A DNA stretch of 64,000 bases. Source: Eledone cirrhosa (lineage: Eukaryota). The translations under genes and the position numbers were made by a program. Below are positions 1 through 11,934 of the stretch, one piece after another (the first letter of the stretch is position 1; each line of letters opens with the position of its first letter). Under the pieces are notes generated by a model, which was not told the origin of the DNA, searched no databases, and saw only the letters and a program-made list of their open reading frames with translations. Location: NCBI GenBank assembly GCA_964016885.1, contig OZ024743.1, positions 19,964,001-20,028,000 of the forward strand. Reading direction: 5' to 3'.

Positions 1-311
1 GTGAAAATGAATTGTCTTCAAATCCTTGATATGAGGGAGAAAATTAACGATGTTCACTCACAGAGTTTCGTCCCTCATATGAAGATCAAGCAGTCAAAAC
101 ATTGCGACTGCTATCGTCTTCAGTTAGGGTCATAAAACTATCAAGTCTATATCTCCCAATACATCATCTAGCTTTTCTCCCATTACATCATCTAGCTGTT
201 CCCATAAATGGAATTGGAGATATACAAAAGCGTGGAGAACTTAATATTGGTAAGAAAAATTTATTGGACCGTTTGACACAACCAATAATACACCTTACTA
301 TATAACAACTA

Positions 312-597
<286 letters not shown>

Positions 598-1209
598 GAG
601 AGAGAATTCTTTGTTTGTCTGTCTTCCTATGCATTCTCAAATGGCTGGACCAAATCAAATCAAATTTTACAAGGTAATAGTATTAGACCTAGGGAATGTC
701 AACATGTAATTTTTATTTTTATTCGGATTAAAACAATAGAAAACAATACCATGTCATATTTTGTATATGAATATGTATGTGTCTGTGAGTGTGTGTGTGT
801 GTGCAAGTTCATTATGTATGTTATTGAATACACACACATCTACACATACATATACATGTGGCAAATGTCAAAATAGTGGGGTGAAAAGCTATGCATGTGG
901 CTGCATGAATGTATGTCTGTGTGTCTCTGCCTTAGTATTGTATGTGAGAGTGTATGTGTGTGAGTGTGTAGCAACAACTTATTCATTTGGACACCAACAA
1001 AAATTTACACAAAGAATATTGTTTACTCTAAGGTGCTTCAAGATTGACAGATTTTCATTTCTAAATTCTATTATCATTATAACTTTGATATTTTTTTAAT
1101 AAAATATAGATATTTTGAAATAATTATGAGAAAAAAACATATATATGTATATCATATATTTATTGTTTACTAATCTGAATAAGAACAGCAACACTGAGTA
1201 ATTCAGCTA

Positions 1210-1259
<50 letters not shown>

Positions 1260-1332
1260 AATATATATAGCTAACCTTATACTGCCTGCTGCATAAGTGG
1301 AGTGTTATACACCCCTGATCCTTTCCCTAGTA

Positions 1333-1412
<80 letters not shown>

Positions 1413-1579
1413 CAAAATAAGATGCTGAGGTTACATATATCATTTAATCATTATAATTATTTCCACATGGGGCCAACAAGACTAGGACTTCATTACTGAT
1501 CCCTGATACCACACTACAGAGTAATCCTGGAGGAACTGCTAACCATGGCTTATTAAGAAGGGACGGGACCTCGCCTACA

Positions 1580-2420
1580 TTGGAAAACAAGGAAGCCAAC
1601 ACATACTCTAACGGAACAGGTGAAGGGACTGGTGACTATAACAGGAAGCAAACCCGTTCCCGCAATGTCATTTGGTTTAAACCCCCCACCCCCTTTTGCG
1701 CCAGTCTGCGCAACAACCTAGCAACCTCTTTCTTCAGGGCTTTGGATAATCACTTCCATAAGCAGCACTGGTACAACGCTATTTTCAACAGGCACACTCT
1801 TAAATTGTCCTACTCCACAACTAGAAACCTAGCGCAAAATATAGAAGCCTTAAACCGAAGTAGAGTGAAAAACGTCCGCAACTCCAGGGGAACCAGCAAC
1901 CATGAGGAGTCGCGCCACGCAAATGCCTCTTCCTCTGTTGGTAACATCTTGAACCGTGAACGTGATCCGGAGATCCGAGCGGCAACACCCCTCCGAGCTG
2001 TAACTGTAGAAACCCCAGTAACTGCCCCTTGGAAGGCAAGTGCCTTAGCAGTGGCTTAGTATAGGAATGTAGGTTGAGTGCCAACAACCAACCCTTTACC
2101 TATATTGGAGTCACGGCTAATAAATTTAAGGAACGCTGGTACAATCACTGCCACACCTTTAGGAGAGTTGATAAGAAATACAGCACCACCCTCTCAGAAC
2201 TGGTGTGGTGTCTCAAACATGATAATTTCGAATACACCTTGTTATGGTCCAAGGTAGCCTCAGCTCAACCCTACAGAGGGAATGGACATGACACATGCGA
2301 TTTGTGTGTCACCGAGATTATGGAAATAATCGAGAGGGGAGATTGAATTATCAATAAAAGGAGTAACCTCTTCAGCACCTGCCTCCACAGATCATCTGGA
2401 ACCTTTCTCAAACTGTACCG
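1580..2420 (+). pseudogene. Naiad-type Penelope-like element remnant (linker + GIY-YIG endonuclease), 5'-truncated and frameshifted
   Basis: RNVIWFKPP...FNRHTLKLSYS linker; alternate frame gives CNCRNPSNCPLEGKC (CxCx5Cx5C), LVYEC, YIGVTANKFKERWYNH, CDLC and NKRS...CLHR; homologous to 38551-39339. Confidence 0.85.
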
Positions 2421-2999
2421 ACTAACAACATAGTTGTACTAGTTGAGGACTATTGCAAGCTTGACCACAGGAGCCGGGCGTGGCCACACAACAACCCCAG
2501 TGTCAGGCGAACCCTGGATAACTTGTTGGCACACCTGGAGTCTCTGTGTGTACATGTTTCATGTCCCTTGTTCCTTATTCTCTGTTTGTATACCAACTGT
2601 TATTTTTATGTATATTTGTCCCGTCTTTCATTATTATGTTCTCTATATGTGTTCTCGAATTCTTATCTGTATGTCTCTGTCCCTACTTTCGCTTCCCATA
2701 ACTCTCTTCAATAGTTTAGCAGCCCTTTTAATAGTATTGATGCCATTGTAGTTACAACTGAATGCTATTGTGGTTAGTTGTTTTTCTGCACTGTAAGTAT
2801 TGCTAGCCTTGTGCCTTAGAGTGATAGAGAGGACTGTATTAACTGTGCATGTATTTATTTATATATATATATATATCCATCTGTATTTCTGTGCCATTTT
2901 TCGCTTCCTTGTTTTCAACAGGCTGCTATCGTGGTTAGTTTGTTTTTTCTGCAATGCATTTACTGCTGACCTTGTGCCTTAGGATTGAAGCGAGGCCTT

Positions 3000-3555
3000 T
3001 TTTTGTTGCCGCCGTCACCGTGGTGGGCTCATCACTGGTGTTGTTGTTGTTATTGTTGTTGGTGTTACCACTGTCTGGCTCTCGTGTAATGGGTACTCAC
3101 TGCCATTGACTTGATACTAATATCAATGATACCACGACTACTACCACGACCGGGGGTAGGTGATGGGCGGTGTTAATGTTTGTTACCGTTACTATTGTTG
3201 TTGTTGCTATATATAGTCATGGTGATAGATGCCTCCAATTCTACGTCTCCACCTACCTCAGAACTCCTTTTATTGTTGTGGCAGTTGTTATCATTGTTAT
3301 TGTCGGCGGGGTTATACCGTCACTACGACTGTAACAGTCTATGTAGACGATGGTGGTTTGTGTTTTTGCTGTTATTGTCGTTGTTGTTGTTGTTGTTGTT
3401 GTATCTGTTTACTGTGGTTATTGCAATCATTGTTGTTGTCAGTAGGGTAGTAATATCACTACGACTGATGCAGCCAGTGTGGACGATATTGGTCGGTGTT
3501 TGCTGTTATTGTCGTTGTTGTTGATGATGTTGTTGTTGTTGTTGTAGTTGTTGTC
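3000..3555. repeat. (GTT)n-rich low-complexity tract
   Basis: Repeated gttgttgtt runs; ORFs here are poly-L/V/C artefacts. Confidence 0.8.
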
Positions 3556-4003
3556 TTAAGGCGGTTGTCAACAAAATATATACCTCACCCTCCCTCAAAA
3601 CTCAAATTATTGCTCCCGCTGTCTACTGGGCTTTGGCTACACACAGTATTTTTGTTTTTTTCGTTGATAGCTTTTTCTAGCAAAGACAACGGCTGGCAAA
3701 CCCTTCAAGGAACTCATATGTCGGCTGGGCACACAAGCAATAGACGTGTGTTTTTCTTGCCAGCGACATATAAAACATATCGGATATCATCTGAGCATAC
3801 CATTATCATAACAACAGCAAATGCATGAAGGACATCTCGATTGCATGGAGAACCGTGGAAATAATTATAATGATTAAACGATATATGTAACCTCAGCATT
3901 TTATTTTGTTATTTTTATAAAAAAATCTCCATCGTAACTAAAAGCTACGATTGTTGAGAGCTTTCTCCTGCTTACTCCTGTTTTTACTAAAAAATCTCTT
4001 CTG

Positions 4004-4066
<63 letters not shown>

Positions 4067-4093
4067 ATACCTCGCAAAACTAATTCATCGCCG

Positions 4094-4153
<60 letters not shown>

Positions 4154-4287
4154 GTGAGGTTTTTTTTACAAAATGAAAAATAACCGAGGTGTCCTACACG
4201 AGTGAAAGTAGAAAGAAAAAGAGATGAAATCGAAAATGCAACTGGAGTCTTATTTTTTTTTTTTTAAATATATATATTTATTTGGTT

Positions 4288-4325
4288 CCTTTACCGGTTT
4301 CGCAGTTCTTCTGCTTTTCAAAAGG
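4288..4325 (-). ncRNA. Minimal type I hammerhead ribozyme, U3-A8 core variant
   Basis: Minus strand reads cctt UUGAAAA gcag-aagaa-ctgc GAAA ccgg UA aagg: stems I, II and palindromic III all pair. Confidence 0.7.
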
Positions 4326-5283
4326 TGAGTTGAGATGGAGGGTCTGTGGTTTTTCTCACATCTGGTTGGTCTCTGAATGTTACTTGTTTTATATGGAAAA
4401 AGTGGCTCGAAATGCCAGGTTTTTCGAGAAGTAATTTGATTGGTTTGTCAATAATTATAATAAATTTCGCGCCAGTTCGCGTTACAATAGTTCTTCAAAT
4501 AAGAGGGGGGGGTTGTCACAGGTTGTTTTTTCATATATGAGTGTTTGAATTTCTTTTTACTTGAAAAAAAGAGAATCACGAAGGCTTTTTTTTGGTTGGT
4601 TATAAATGAAATTATGGCTTTCACGTGAACAAATTTTCATGCGTGTGTGTGTGTGTTTGAATTTCTTTACTTAAAAAAAAGGTGGCTCACGAAGGCTTTT
4701 TTTTAATAAACGTGATTTGATTGAGCCACCTTTTTTTAAAGTAAAGAAATTCAAACACACACACACAAGCACACAAATAAACACACATATCTTTACTTTC
4801 TTTATTCAATAGAAAATCTGAATTCTGACACCCCAGCGAACTAACCATATTCACTGAACCAGAACAATTCTCCCATCCCTTTCTCTTGACCATTATCTTT
4901 TACTTATCAAAACATTCTCTAAAAAGGCTACAGAATGGATTTCCAAATAAGGGCACAAAAATTTAATGAAAATTTGTTCACGTGACAGCCATAATTTCAT
5001 TTATAACCAACCAAAAAAAAGCCTTCGTGAGCCTCCTTTTTTCAAGTAAAAAGAAATTCAAACACTCATATATGAAAAAACAACCTGTGACAACCCCCCC
5101 CCCCTCTTATTTGAAGAACTATTGTAACGCGAACTGGCGCGAAATTTATTATAATTATTGACAAACCAATCAAATTACTTCTCGAAAAACCTGGCATTTC
5201 GAGCCACTTTTTCCATATAAAACAAGTAACATTCAGAGACCAACCAGATGTGAGAAAAACCACAGACCCTCCATCTCAACTCA

Positions 5284-5321
5284 CCTTTTGAAATGCAGAA
5301 GAACTGCGAAACCGGTAAAGG
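5284..5321 (+). ncRNA. Inverted copy of the U3-A8 hammerhead with an A9U change
   Basis: cctt TTGAAAT gcag aagaa ctgc GAAA ccgg TA aagg. Confidence 0.6.
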
Positions 5322-5496
5322 AACCAAATAAATATATATATTTTAAAAAAAAATAAGACTCCAGTTGCATTTCGATTTCATCCCTTTTTCTTTATATATA
5401 TATATATATATTAATAACAACATTTACTTAAATAATATTTAAATAACAATATTTAGACACAAAAATAGAAAAATTTGTCAGAAATATTTTTAATAT

Positions 5497-5890
5497 TATC
5501 ATCATCATCATCATGATCATCACCGTTTTACCTCCGTTCTTCCATGCTAGCATGGGTTAGACGGGTTGTTCTGTTGTGGGCAGTGTCTGGGCGGCTGACC
5601 ATGCTTTGCTCATACAGGTACTGATTTGGGCTTGATTTCTACAGCTGATGCCCTTCCTAACACCAACATCATTTACAGTGAGTGCTGGGTGCTTTTTTTC
5701 CGTGTTACCTACAAGTCCACTTTACAGTGTGGGCTGGGTGCTTTTTTGACGTGGCGCCTACACGTCCACTTTACAGTGTGAGCTAGGTGCTTTTTTGCCG
5801 TGACACCTCCACGACCACTTTGCAGTGGGAGGGTGTGGGGGCATATTGTCTACATACTTCAGCTTGTACCCATGGGAGGTCGGGTATTCT
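5497..5890 (-). mobile_element. SINE-like retroposon with (GAT)n tail and ~40-bp internal subrepeats; related copies at ~7155-7362, 13280-13725, 31480-31670, 32450-32830, 41190-41665, 41683-42140, 45872-46050 and 52790-53011
   Basis: Shared motifs ccatgctagcatgg next to the (gat)n tail, ctacagctggatgcccttcctaacaccaac, and repeated tttacagtgtgg(a/g)ctgggtgcttttt. Confidence 0.75.
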
Positions 5891-6059
5891 GTATTATAAA
5901 TATATATAAATATATAAATATAAAGCATAATAAATTAATGAAAGAAACGTTATCATGATAAAAATTGTTGAAATCCCTTGAAAATATAAAATATGGGAGA
6001 AGTGAATTGATGGAGTTTGAAGAAATTAATGACAAGAAATTAATATAATAATAATAATG

Positions 6060-6403
6060 AAATTATTGTGTACAGTGCTCAGGTGCACTACAACTCACCA
6101 AAGGTGCATGTATAGAAAAATGTACAAATGTCAGGAAAATGAACAGTGTACGAGTCACGAAATACATCTGTGCGTGTGTATGGAGGGGGGATATCAGGTG
6201 CAGTGTTGGTGAATCTCAGGAAGCATGGAGGTGTTAAAGGATGCAGTGTCTCGACAGCTAATAACTGATGCAGGTAGCTTGTTCCATGCTTCAGCAACTC
6301 TGAGCGTGAAAAAATGTTTCCGAAGGTCATAGGAGCTGTGCTGTTTTCTGACTTTGTTGGCATGCCCACGTATGTTAGACACATGGAAATCAAAAAGGTT
6401 CAT
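6060..6403 (-). pseudogene. CR1-clade LINE 3' fragment (ORF2 C-terminus + 3' UTR)
   Basis: RGHANKVRKQ...RKHFFTLRVAEAWNKLPASV matches the CR1 ORF2 C-terminal RGH...FF..RV...WN.LP pattern. Confidence 0.8.
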
Positions 6404-6769
6404 TTAATGAATGAAGGCAAGGGGATGGGGACAGGAAACAAGAAATAGAGAACGTACAGGTTCACAATGAATGATATCTCAAGAATGATTTTATTTCCAG
6501 TTGCATAAATAACATTACAAATATGTTTTAAATATATATATAAATAACATTACAAATTCATTTAAATCGATAACTCTCAAAATGTGATTTGATAAAACTG
6601 ATGGAAAGTTACTATCACAATTCATGATTGAATTACCATAGTCTCATTATTACAACCAAACCTAATCTATCTGGCATCTTCTTTGGTAATACTCTATAAC
6701 TTCATATATTACTATATATATGTGTATATATAGTAATATATGAAGTTATATGTATGCTTAATTAAAATC

Positions 6770-7132
6770 ATTTTGAAGACCTTACGCTATTGTTTTAAAG
6801 TACATATACATTCATATATACATCGCTATTTCAGAGCACCAATACTAATTTTCAGTTTTTGCTGGACCGTCAACCGCTCTGTATAATCAGTTCCTGATTA
6901 TTACTGGAATTCTGTAAGAATCCAACATTTATAATTTTCAACAGACAAAGGCGAGTGCTAAGCTCTGATGAATACCAACAGTATGAAACAGAGATCTGTC
7001 AGCTTATCTCCCTTTGTTTGTTGAAAAAGAAGTGACATAGCGTAAAGCCTTCAAAATGCTTTAAAACAGTGTATTGCCAAATATACTACATATACATTCA
7101 TATACATTGCTATTTCAGAGCACCAATTCTAA
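6770..7132 (+). mobile_element. Retrozyme-like HHR mini-element (~1.2 units of ~286 bp) with a short inverted 5' piece
   Basis: Direct repeat 6801-6849 / 7087-7132, inverted segment 6770-6800 versus 7034-7070, central HHR, and a TA run at the 3' end. Confidence 0.8.
6959..7006 (+). ncRNA. Type I hammerhead ribozyme, canonical core
   Basis: taagct CTGATGA atac-caaca-gtat GAAA cag-agat-ctg TC agctta; stem I extends further (caaaggcgag / ctccctttg). Confidence 0.9.
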
Positions 7133-7400
7133 TATATATATATATGTGTGTGTGTAGGTGTCACTGTAAAGTGGTCATTACAAAACGCCCCAGCACACAC
7201 TGTAAATGTGGTTGGCATTAGGAAGGGCATCCAGCTGTAGAAACCAGGCCAAAACCAGTTCTGTGTGAGTGCAGCATGGTCCATCTGACCTGATCTCTCT
7301 CAAAGAGACACTCAGTCCTACCCATGCTAGCATGGAAAATGCAAGTTAAACGATGATTGATGACACTATATCTATATATACATATATGTATATATGTATG

Positions 7401-7485
<85 letters not shown>

Positions 7486-7592
7486 ATCTCTCTCTCTATG
7501 TATATATATAGATAGAGAGAGAGAGAGAGAAATAGATAGATAGAGATAGATTGATAGATAGATAGATAGATAGAGATAGAGAGAGAGAGAGG

Positions 7593-7668
<76 letters not shown>

Positions 7669-7704
7669 TATATACATACATATATACAAACATACATATA
7701 TATA

Positions 7705-10700
7705 CAATAAAATGGCGACCGTTGTGGTCAGTGTCCGATAATCGGACGTGTGTAATTACGGCTTACATGAAGGCAACATACCATATATTGGAAAAAGTTG
7801 AGCTACATTACGCGGTAAGATTACATACAATAATTCTACATAAGTGTTTGAACTGTAAGTGTGTTGTAAAACACCTATTTATATGAACGATACATACACT
7901 TATGATATATGAACGATACATACACTTTAGCATATAAATGCAACGTTGTTATATTACATTTATAAAGAAATATACAAGTAACGTTTTCGATTCAGAAACA
8001 AAAACATAAGTGTTTGAACTGTGAATATGTTGTGAATAGGTTGTAGAACACCTATTTATATGAATGATACATAAACTTTAACATATAAATACAGCGTTGT
8101 TATATTCTATTACATTCATAAAGGAATATACTAAGTAACGGTTCTTTTTGTTCTCGATTCAAACGATTCAAGAACAACGTTTAAAACACAGTTGTAGAAT
8201 TAAAAACTAACTGAAGAGAAATATTACCCAAGCTGTGAATAACTTTAAATTTGATTCTGACAGAACTTTGTCGTAACTTTTAAAGAAGATCATCGACTAT
8301 TTTGAAAAATAAATACGAAATATTAGTGAATAGACGAACTCATCATGGCAAAAAGTACAAGTCTCCTTCGACCAAATCGCAATTACAACCGTAGTACACA
8401 GTGGAGCTACGAGCTTAACAAAGTATTATATGAAGCATACAAACAATCTGAACCCCAAAAGTTCGGTTTTATGCAAAGGCTAAAAACTTTATGGAACTCC
8501 AAACACCCAGAATTAGACTTTTCTCCAAAGCATTTAAATGAACAGGCAAAACGTATCATTAGATGTAAATTGATACATCTAACGGAATTGAGTGATACTA
8601 CAAATACAGCCCTTGTAGACAACCACCCCACCTCCACTGACAGACAGAGAGAATGGCCAGCTAAATCTAACAGTGAACAGCTCACCAACAATTTTGCTGA
8701 AATCCATCCCACTTCCACTGAAGAACAGCGAGAAAGGTCAGCTGACTCTAGTAGTAATTGTCACCACAACAACGAGGCTGAAATTCATGACTCTACTGAA
8801 CAAACAGAGCACCAAAAACTTGTGGGCTCCCTACAAGTGATATGGAACGATATGTTTCAAGAGATACACAGCCTTAATGTGAGTGACAGACCATACAACA
8901 CTAGAGTCAGTAAAGAACCCACTAAATTGGAATTGGAAGCGGTGAACGAAATAGCTGGCAGTTATCTGAGGGCTATACGATCTAAAGGTGTAGAAACGAC
9001 ATTTGAAACGCTTAATGTTTTGTTATATGTTTCAGCTGTCACATTGCTATCATATAACACACATCTAAAACCACGCAATCAAGATACAAGCAGAAAGCCT
9101 GAACCAGCGTGGATGCGAAATTTAAAATCCAAAATTTTGTCCCTGAGACGAAGTATCTCACACATCGCAGTCGTTATGAAATGCAACATAGAGAGCAACT
9201 TCACACGACACCAGGAAGACCTAAAGAAAAAGTTAGAGAGACGATTTGGAGATACAAAATTTAAAACTTTGAACTCCAAATTACACCAGTTGAAACAACA
9301 ACTCACAGCTACAACAGAAAGACTGAAATATAAGTCAACAGCACATAAACGACAAGTGCTAAATAGATTGTTTTCCAGAGATCCTAAATCAGTTTATCGC
9401 AGCTTCGGTGGCAAAAGCTCAATCTCTGTAAATGACACCCCTTCAAAAGAACAGGTTGAGAGCTACTGGAGATCTGTATGGGAAACGGATGACGGATTCA
9501 ACAGACAAGCTAATTGGCTAAAAGAACTGGAACAGGACTACTGCCAACATGTCCAGACAAAACAATATGACATAGATGGGTCAATACTGGAAACAGCTCT
9601 ACAGAAAATGTCGAATAGGAAATCGCCAGGCCCAGACCTCATTACAGGATACTGGTTGAAGAATTTCACTTTCTATCGGCAAGATCTCATACGGCTGTTT
9701 ACAGAAACCATTATGGGCACACAAGAACTGCCCAGATGGTTATCAACTGCCTCTACTCTCCTCATTCCCCAAAATACCCAAACCACCCTTGCTAAAAATT
9801 ACCGCCCAATTGCCTGCCAAAACATCATGTATAAATTATATACTGGGTGCCTTAACCTGTTCTTACAGGATCACTATGCTACCAACAACATCATAACAGC
9901 TGAGCAAGCTGGTGGAAAGAGGGAGGTGTGGGGTTGCATAGATCACCTACTAACTAACAAAATGATTCAGGAAAAAACAACAAAGAATCGCAGAAACATG
10001 ACTGTCGTGTGGCTGGACTATCAAAAAGCATTTGATAGTGTACCTCATGGGTGGATTGTTAAGGCTTTACAGTTAGCTAAAGCCCCACAACCATTGGTAG
10101 CTGCTGTTGAACGCCTGACCAAGAACTGGTACACCAGTTTGATCCTTAGAGGTGAGAAGGAGCAGGTTAAGACTGATAAGATACATTACCAGAAGGGCAT
10201 CTTTCAGGGTGATAGCTTGTCAGTGCTACTTTTCGTTCTCTCACTGAATCCACTATCTTACCTACTCAGGAAACAAGGTGGACAAAGAAGTGGGCCCAGA
10301 AGTATCTCCCATATTTTCTTTGTTGATGACCTGAAGTTGTATGGGCCAAATATCAATGACATCAAGAAACAATTGGACCTCATTACACAATTTTCAACCG
10401 ACATCAAAATGAAATTTGGTGAGTCCAAGTGTGCATATTTGGCAGTAAAACGTGGAAGAGCTGTGCCCTCCTCTAGAAATCTAGAGATGAACGGCCTGAC
10501 AATACAACCTCTGCAGTCAGGTGACAACTACAGATATCTTGGACAGGATGAGAATGTCAGATATGATGGACCCATAAATAAGGAGAGAACCAGAACTGAA
10601 TACCTCAGAAGAGTAAAGAAAATATGGTCATCAGAACTGTCAGCATACAACAAATACATTGCCCACAATACTTATGCTGTGCCAATTCTAACGCCAACTT

Positions 10701-11934
10701 TTGGCCTACTGAACTGGTCATTGCAAGAACTAAGTGAGATGGATGTTAGAACTCGAAAACTTCTCAGTGTTACTGGGAACTTTAACATCAATGGTGATGT
10801 GGATAGGCTATACTTCTCACGCAAGGAAGGTGGCCGGGGTCTAAAATCAATATTAACAACATATGAGACCCGGATAGTAACACTGAAGCAACACCTTCAA
10901 CAGAGGAAAAAGGTTGGCAACCATCTTGCCCAGGTTTATGACCATGAAAAAAGAAATATCATTAGAATAGCGACTGATCTGGAGGAGAGATATGGAATAA
11001 AGCCTGATATAAATCTCTCACCCAGAGAAATCGGAAGATCCTATTCAATGTTCAAACAAGATAAAAAAATTGACCAATTTACAGAAAAAGTTGTGCATGG
11101 ATACTTGAGGCGTAAAACACAGACCATAGATGGGATAAACCACTCAAAAAGCCTGGCATGGAGTTCCGACAAGTTTATGACATCACACCTTGAGGGATAT
11201 CTCTATGCAATACAGGAACAAGAACTCCCTACCAAATATCTGCTGCACAAAAGAGGAGGGCCAGCAGCTGACAATAAATGTAGGCTATGTAAAACAAAGA
11301 TCGAGGATGTAAACCACATTGTTGCCAGCTGCGAAAGAATGTCATCTCGCTACTACCTCCCCATGAGACACGATGGGATAGCTAGAACCATCTGGAACGC
11401 ACTTCGGAAAACAAAATTAACAACAAACGAGGAAGAATATATTGAGACAGATGGCACTAAGGAATACTGGTGGAACCTGAAAATAAAAACTGCCACCAAA
11501 TTAAAGCACAACCGGCCTGATATTGTAGTTTGGGACCACACATTGAAAACGTGTTCTGTTGTGGAGATCAGCTGCCCACTTGATGTAAACGTTGTCAGAA
11601 AAATACAGGAGAAGGAGGACGTCTACGGACCATTGATGAGGAGTTTACAAATCCAGTATCCAAGATACACCTTTAGCTTCATACCCATCATTATTGGTGC
11701 TACGGGTTATATACCAACCCACTTGGACCAAAGTATGACTGAACTTGGATTTGCGGACAAAAAGCGCAGCTCCCTAATTCATAGTCTACAAATGGCTGCG
11801 ATAGCTGGCACCTTCAAAATTTGCAAAACATTCTTGCGATTCAAGGGATGACAATTTCTTTTCTTTTACAACCTTGCCACCAGGAAGGTGGCCGGTCAAA
11901 AAAAATATACTCGAAATTAAGAGAAAGAGAAAAC
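7705..11934 (+). mobile_element. Apparently full-length R4/Dong-clade non-LTR retrotransposon
   Basis: Long 5' UTR with a ~165-bp internal duplication, one intact ORF, a short 3' UTR with a gccacc-aggaa-ggtggc hairpin, and TA runs on both sides. Ends are approximate. Confidence 0.8.
8345..11851 (+). CDS. Non-LTR retrotransposon protein: N-terminal Myb-like region, reverse transcriptase, CCHC zinc knuckle, restriction-like (PD-D/ExK-type) endonuclease
   Basis: Uninterrupted 1168 aa with KSPGPD, NYRPIAC, WLDYQKAFDSVPH, GIFQGDSLS, FVDDLKL, YRYLG, CRLC..EDVNHIVASC, RHD and HNRPDIVVWD...VVEISCP. Confidence 0.95.
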   Translation: MAKSTSLLRPNRNYNRSTQWSYELNKVLYEAYKQSEPQKFGFMQRLKTLWNSKHPELDFSPKHLNEQAKRIIRCKLIHLTELSDTTNTALVDNHPTSTDRQREWPAKSNSEQLTNNFAEIHPTSTEEQRERSADSSSNCHHNNEAEIHDSTEQTEHQKLVGSLQVIWNDMFQEIHSLNVSDRPYNTRVSKEPTKLELEAVNEIAGSYLRAIRSKGVETTFETLNVLLYVSAVTLLSYNTHLKPRNQDTSRKPEPAWMRNLKSKILSLRRSISHIAVVMKCNIESNFTRHQEDLKKKLERRFGDTKFKTLNSKLHQLKQQLTATTERLKYKSTAHKRQVLNRLFSRDPKSVYRSFGGKSSISVNDTPSKEQVESYWRSVWETDDGFNRQANWLKELEQDYCQHVQTKQYDIDGSILETALQKMSNRKSPGPDLITGYWLKNFTFYRQDLIRLFTETIMGTQELPRWLSTASTLLIPQNTQTTLAKNYRPIACQNIMYKLYTGCLNLFLQDHYATNNIITAEQAGGKREVWGCIDHLLTNKMIQEKTTKNRRNMTVVWLDYQKAFDSVPHGWIVKALQLAKAPQPLVAAVERLTKNWYTSLILRGEKEQVKTDKIHYQKGIFQGDSLSVLLFVLSLNPLSYLLRKQGGQRSGPRSISHIFFVDDLKLYGPNINDIKKQLDLITQFSTDIKMKFGESKCAYLAVKRGRAVPSSRNLEMNGLTIQPLQSGDNYRYLGQDENVRYDGPINKERTRTEYLRRVKKIWSSELSAYNKYIAHNTYAVPILTPTFGLLNWSLQELSEMDVRTRKLLSVTGNFNINGDVDRLYFSRKEGGRGLKSILTTYETRIVTLKQHLQQRKKVGNHLAQVYDHEKRNIIRIATDLEERYGIKPDINLSPREIGRSYSMFKQDKKIDQFTEKVVHGYLRRKTQTIDGINHSKSLAWSSDKFMTSHLEGYLYAIQEQELPTKYLLHKRGGPAADNKCRLCKTKIEDVNHIVASCERMSSRYYLPMRHDGIARTIWNALRKTKLTTNEEEYIETDGTKEYWWNLKIKTATKLKHNRPDIVVWDHTLKTCSVVEISCPLDVNVVRKIQEKEDVYGPLMRSLQIQYPRYTFSFIPIIIGATGYIPTHLDQSMTELGFADKKRSSLIHSLQMAAIAGTFKICKTFLRFKG

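Larger units (their letters stand above)
4149..5393. mobile_element. Palindromic (fold-back) non-autonomous PLE-derived element between (TA)n tracts
   Basis: Inverted arms ~4212-4640 and ~4966-5393 (mirror ORFs 4346..4540 and 5066..5263), a nested smaller hairpin at ~4645-4765, an HHR-like motif in each arm, and homology to 56683-56845. Confidence 0.8.

Noticed and set aside
45-132. Minus-strand hammerhead candidate (CTGAAGA ... GAAActc-tgt-gagTG)
   Set aside because: The cleavage triplet ends in G, stem I does not pair and stem II closes poorly; at best a decayed copy cut by the window edge.
2344-2346. In-frame TGA as selenocysteine in a Naiad-type PLE
   Set aside because: The TGA does not align with a conserved Cys (the other copy has a non-Cys residue), the copy is already frameshifted, and I recognised no SECIS. 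The conserved Cys codons in 36937-39339 are ordinary TGY.
8407-11541. Antisense ORFs over the R4 ORF, and similar ones over the RTE and PLE ORFs
   Set aside because: Short shadow frames of the sense coding sequence with no independent motifs.
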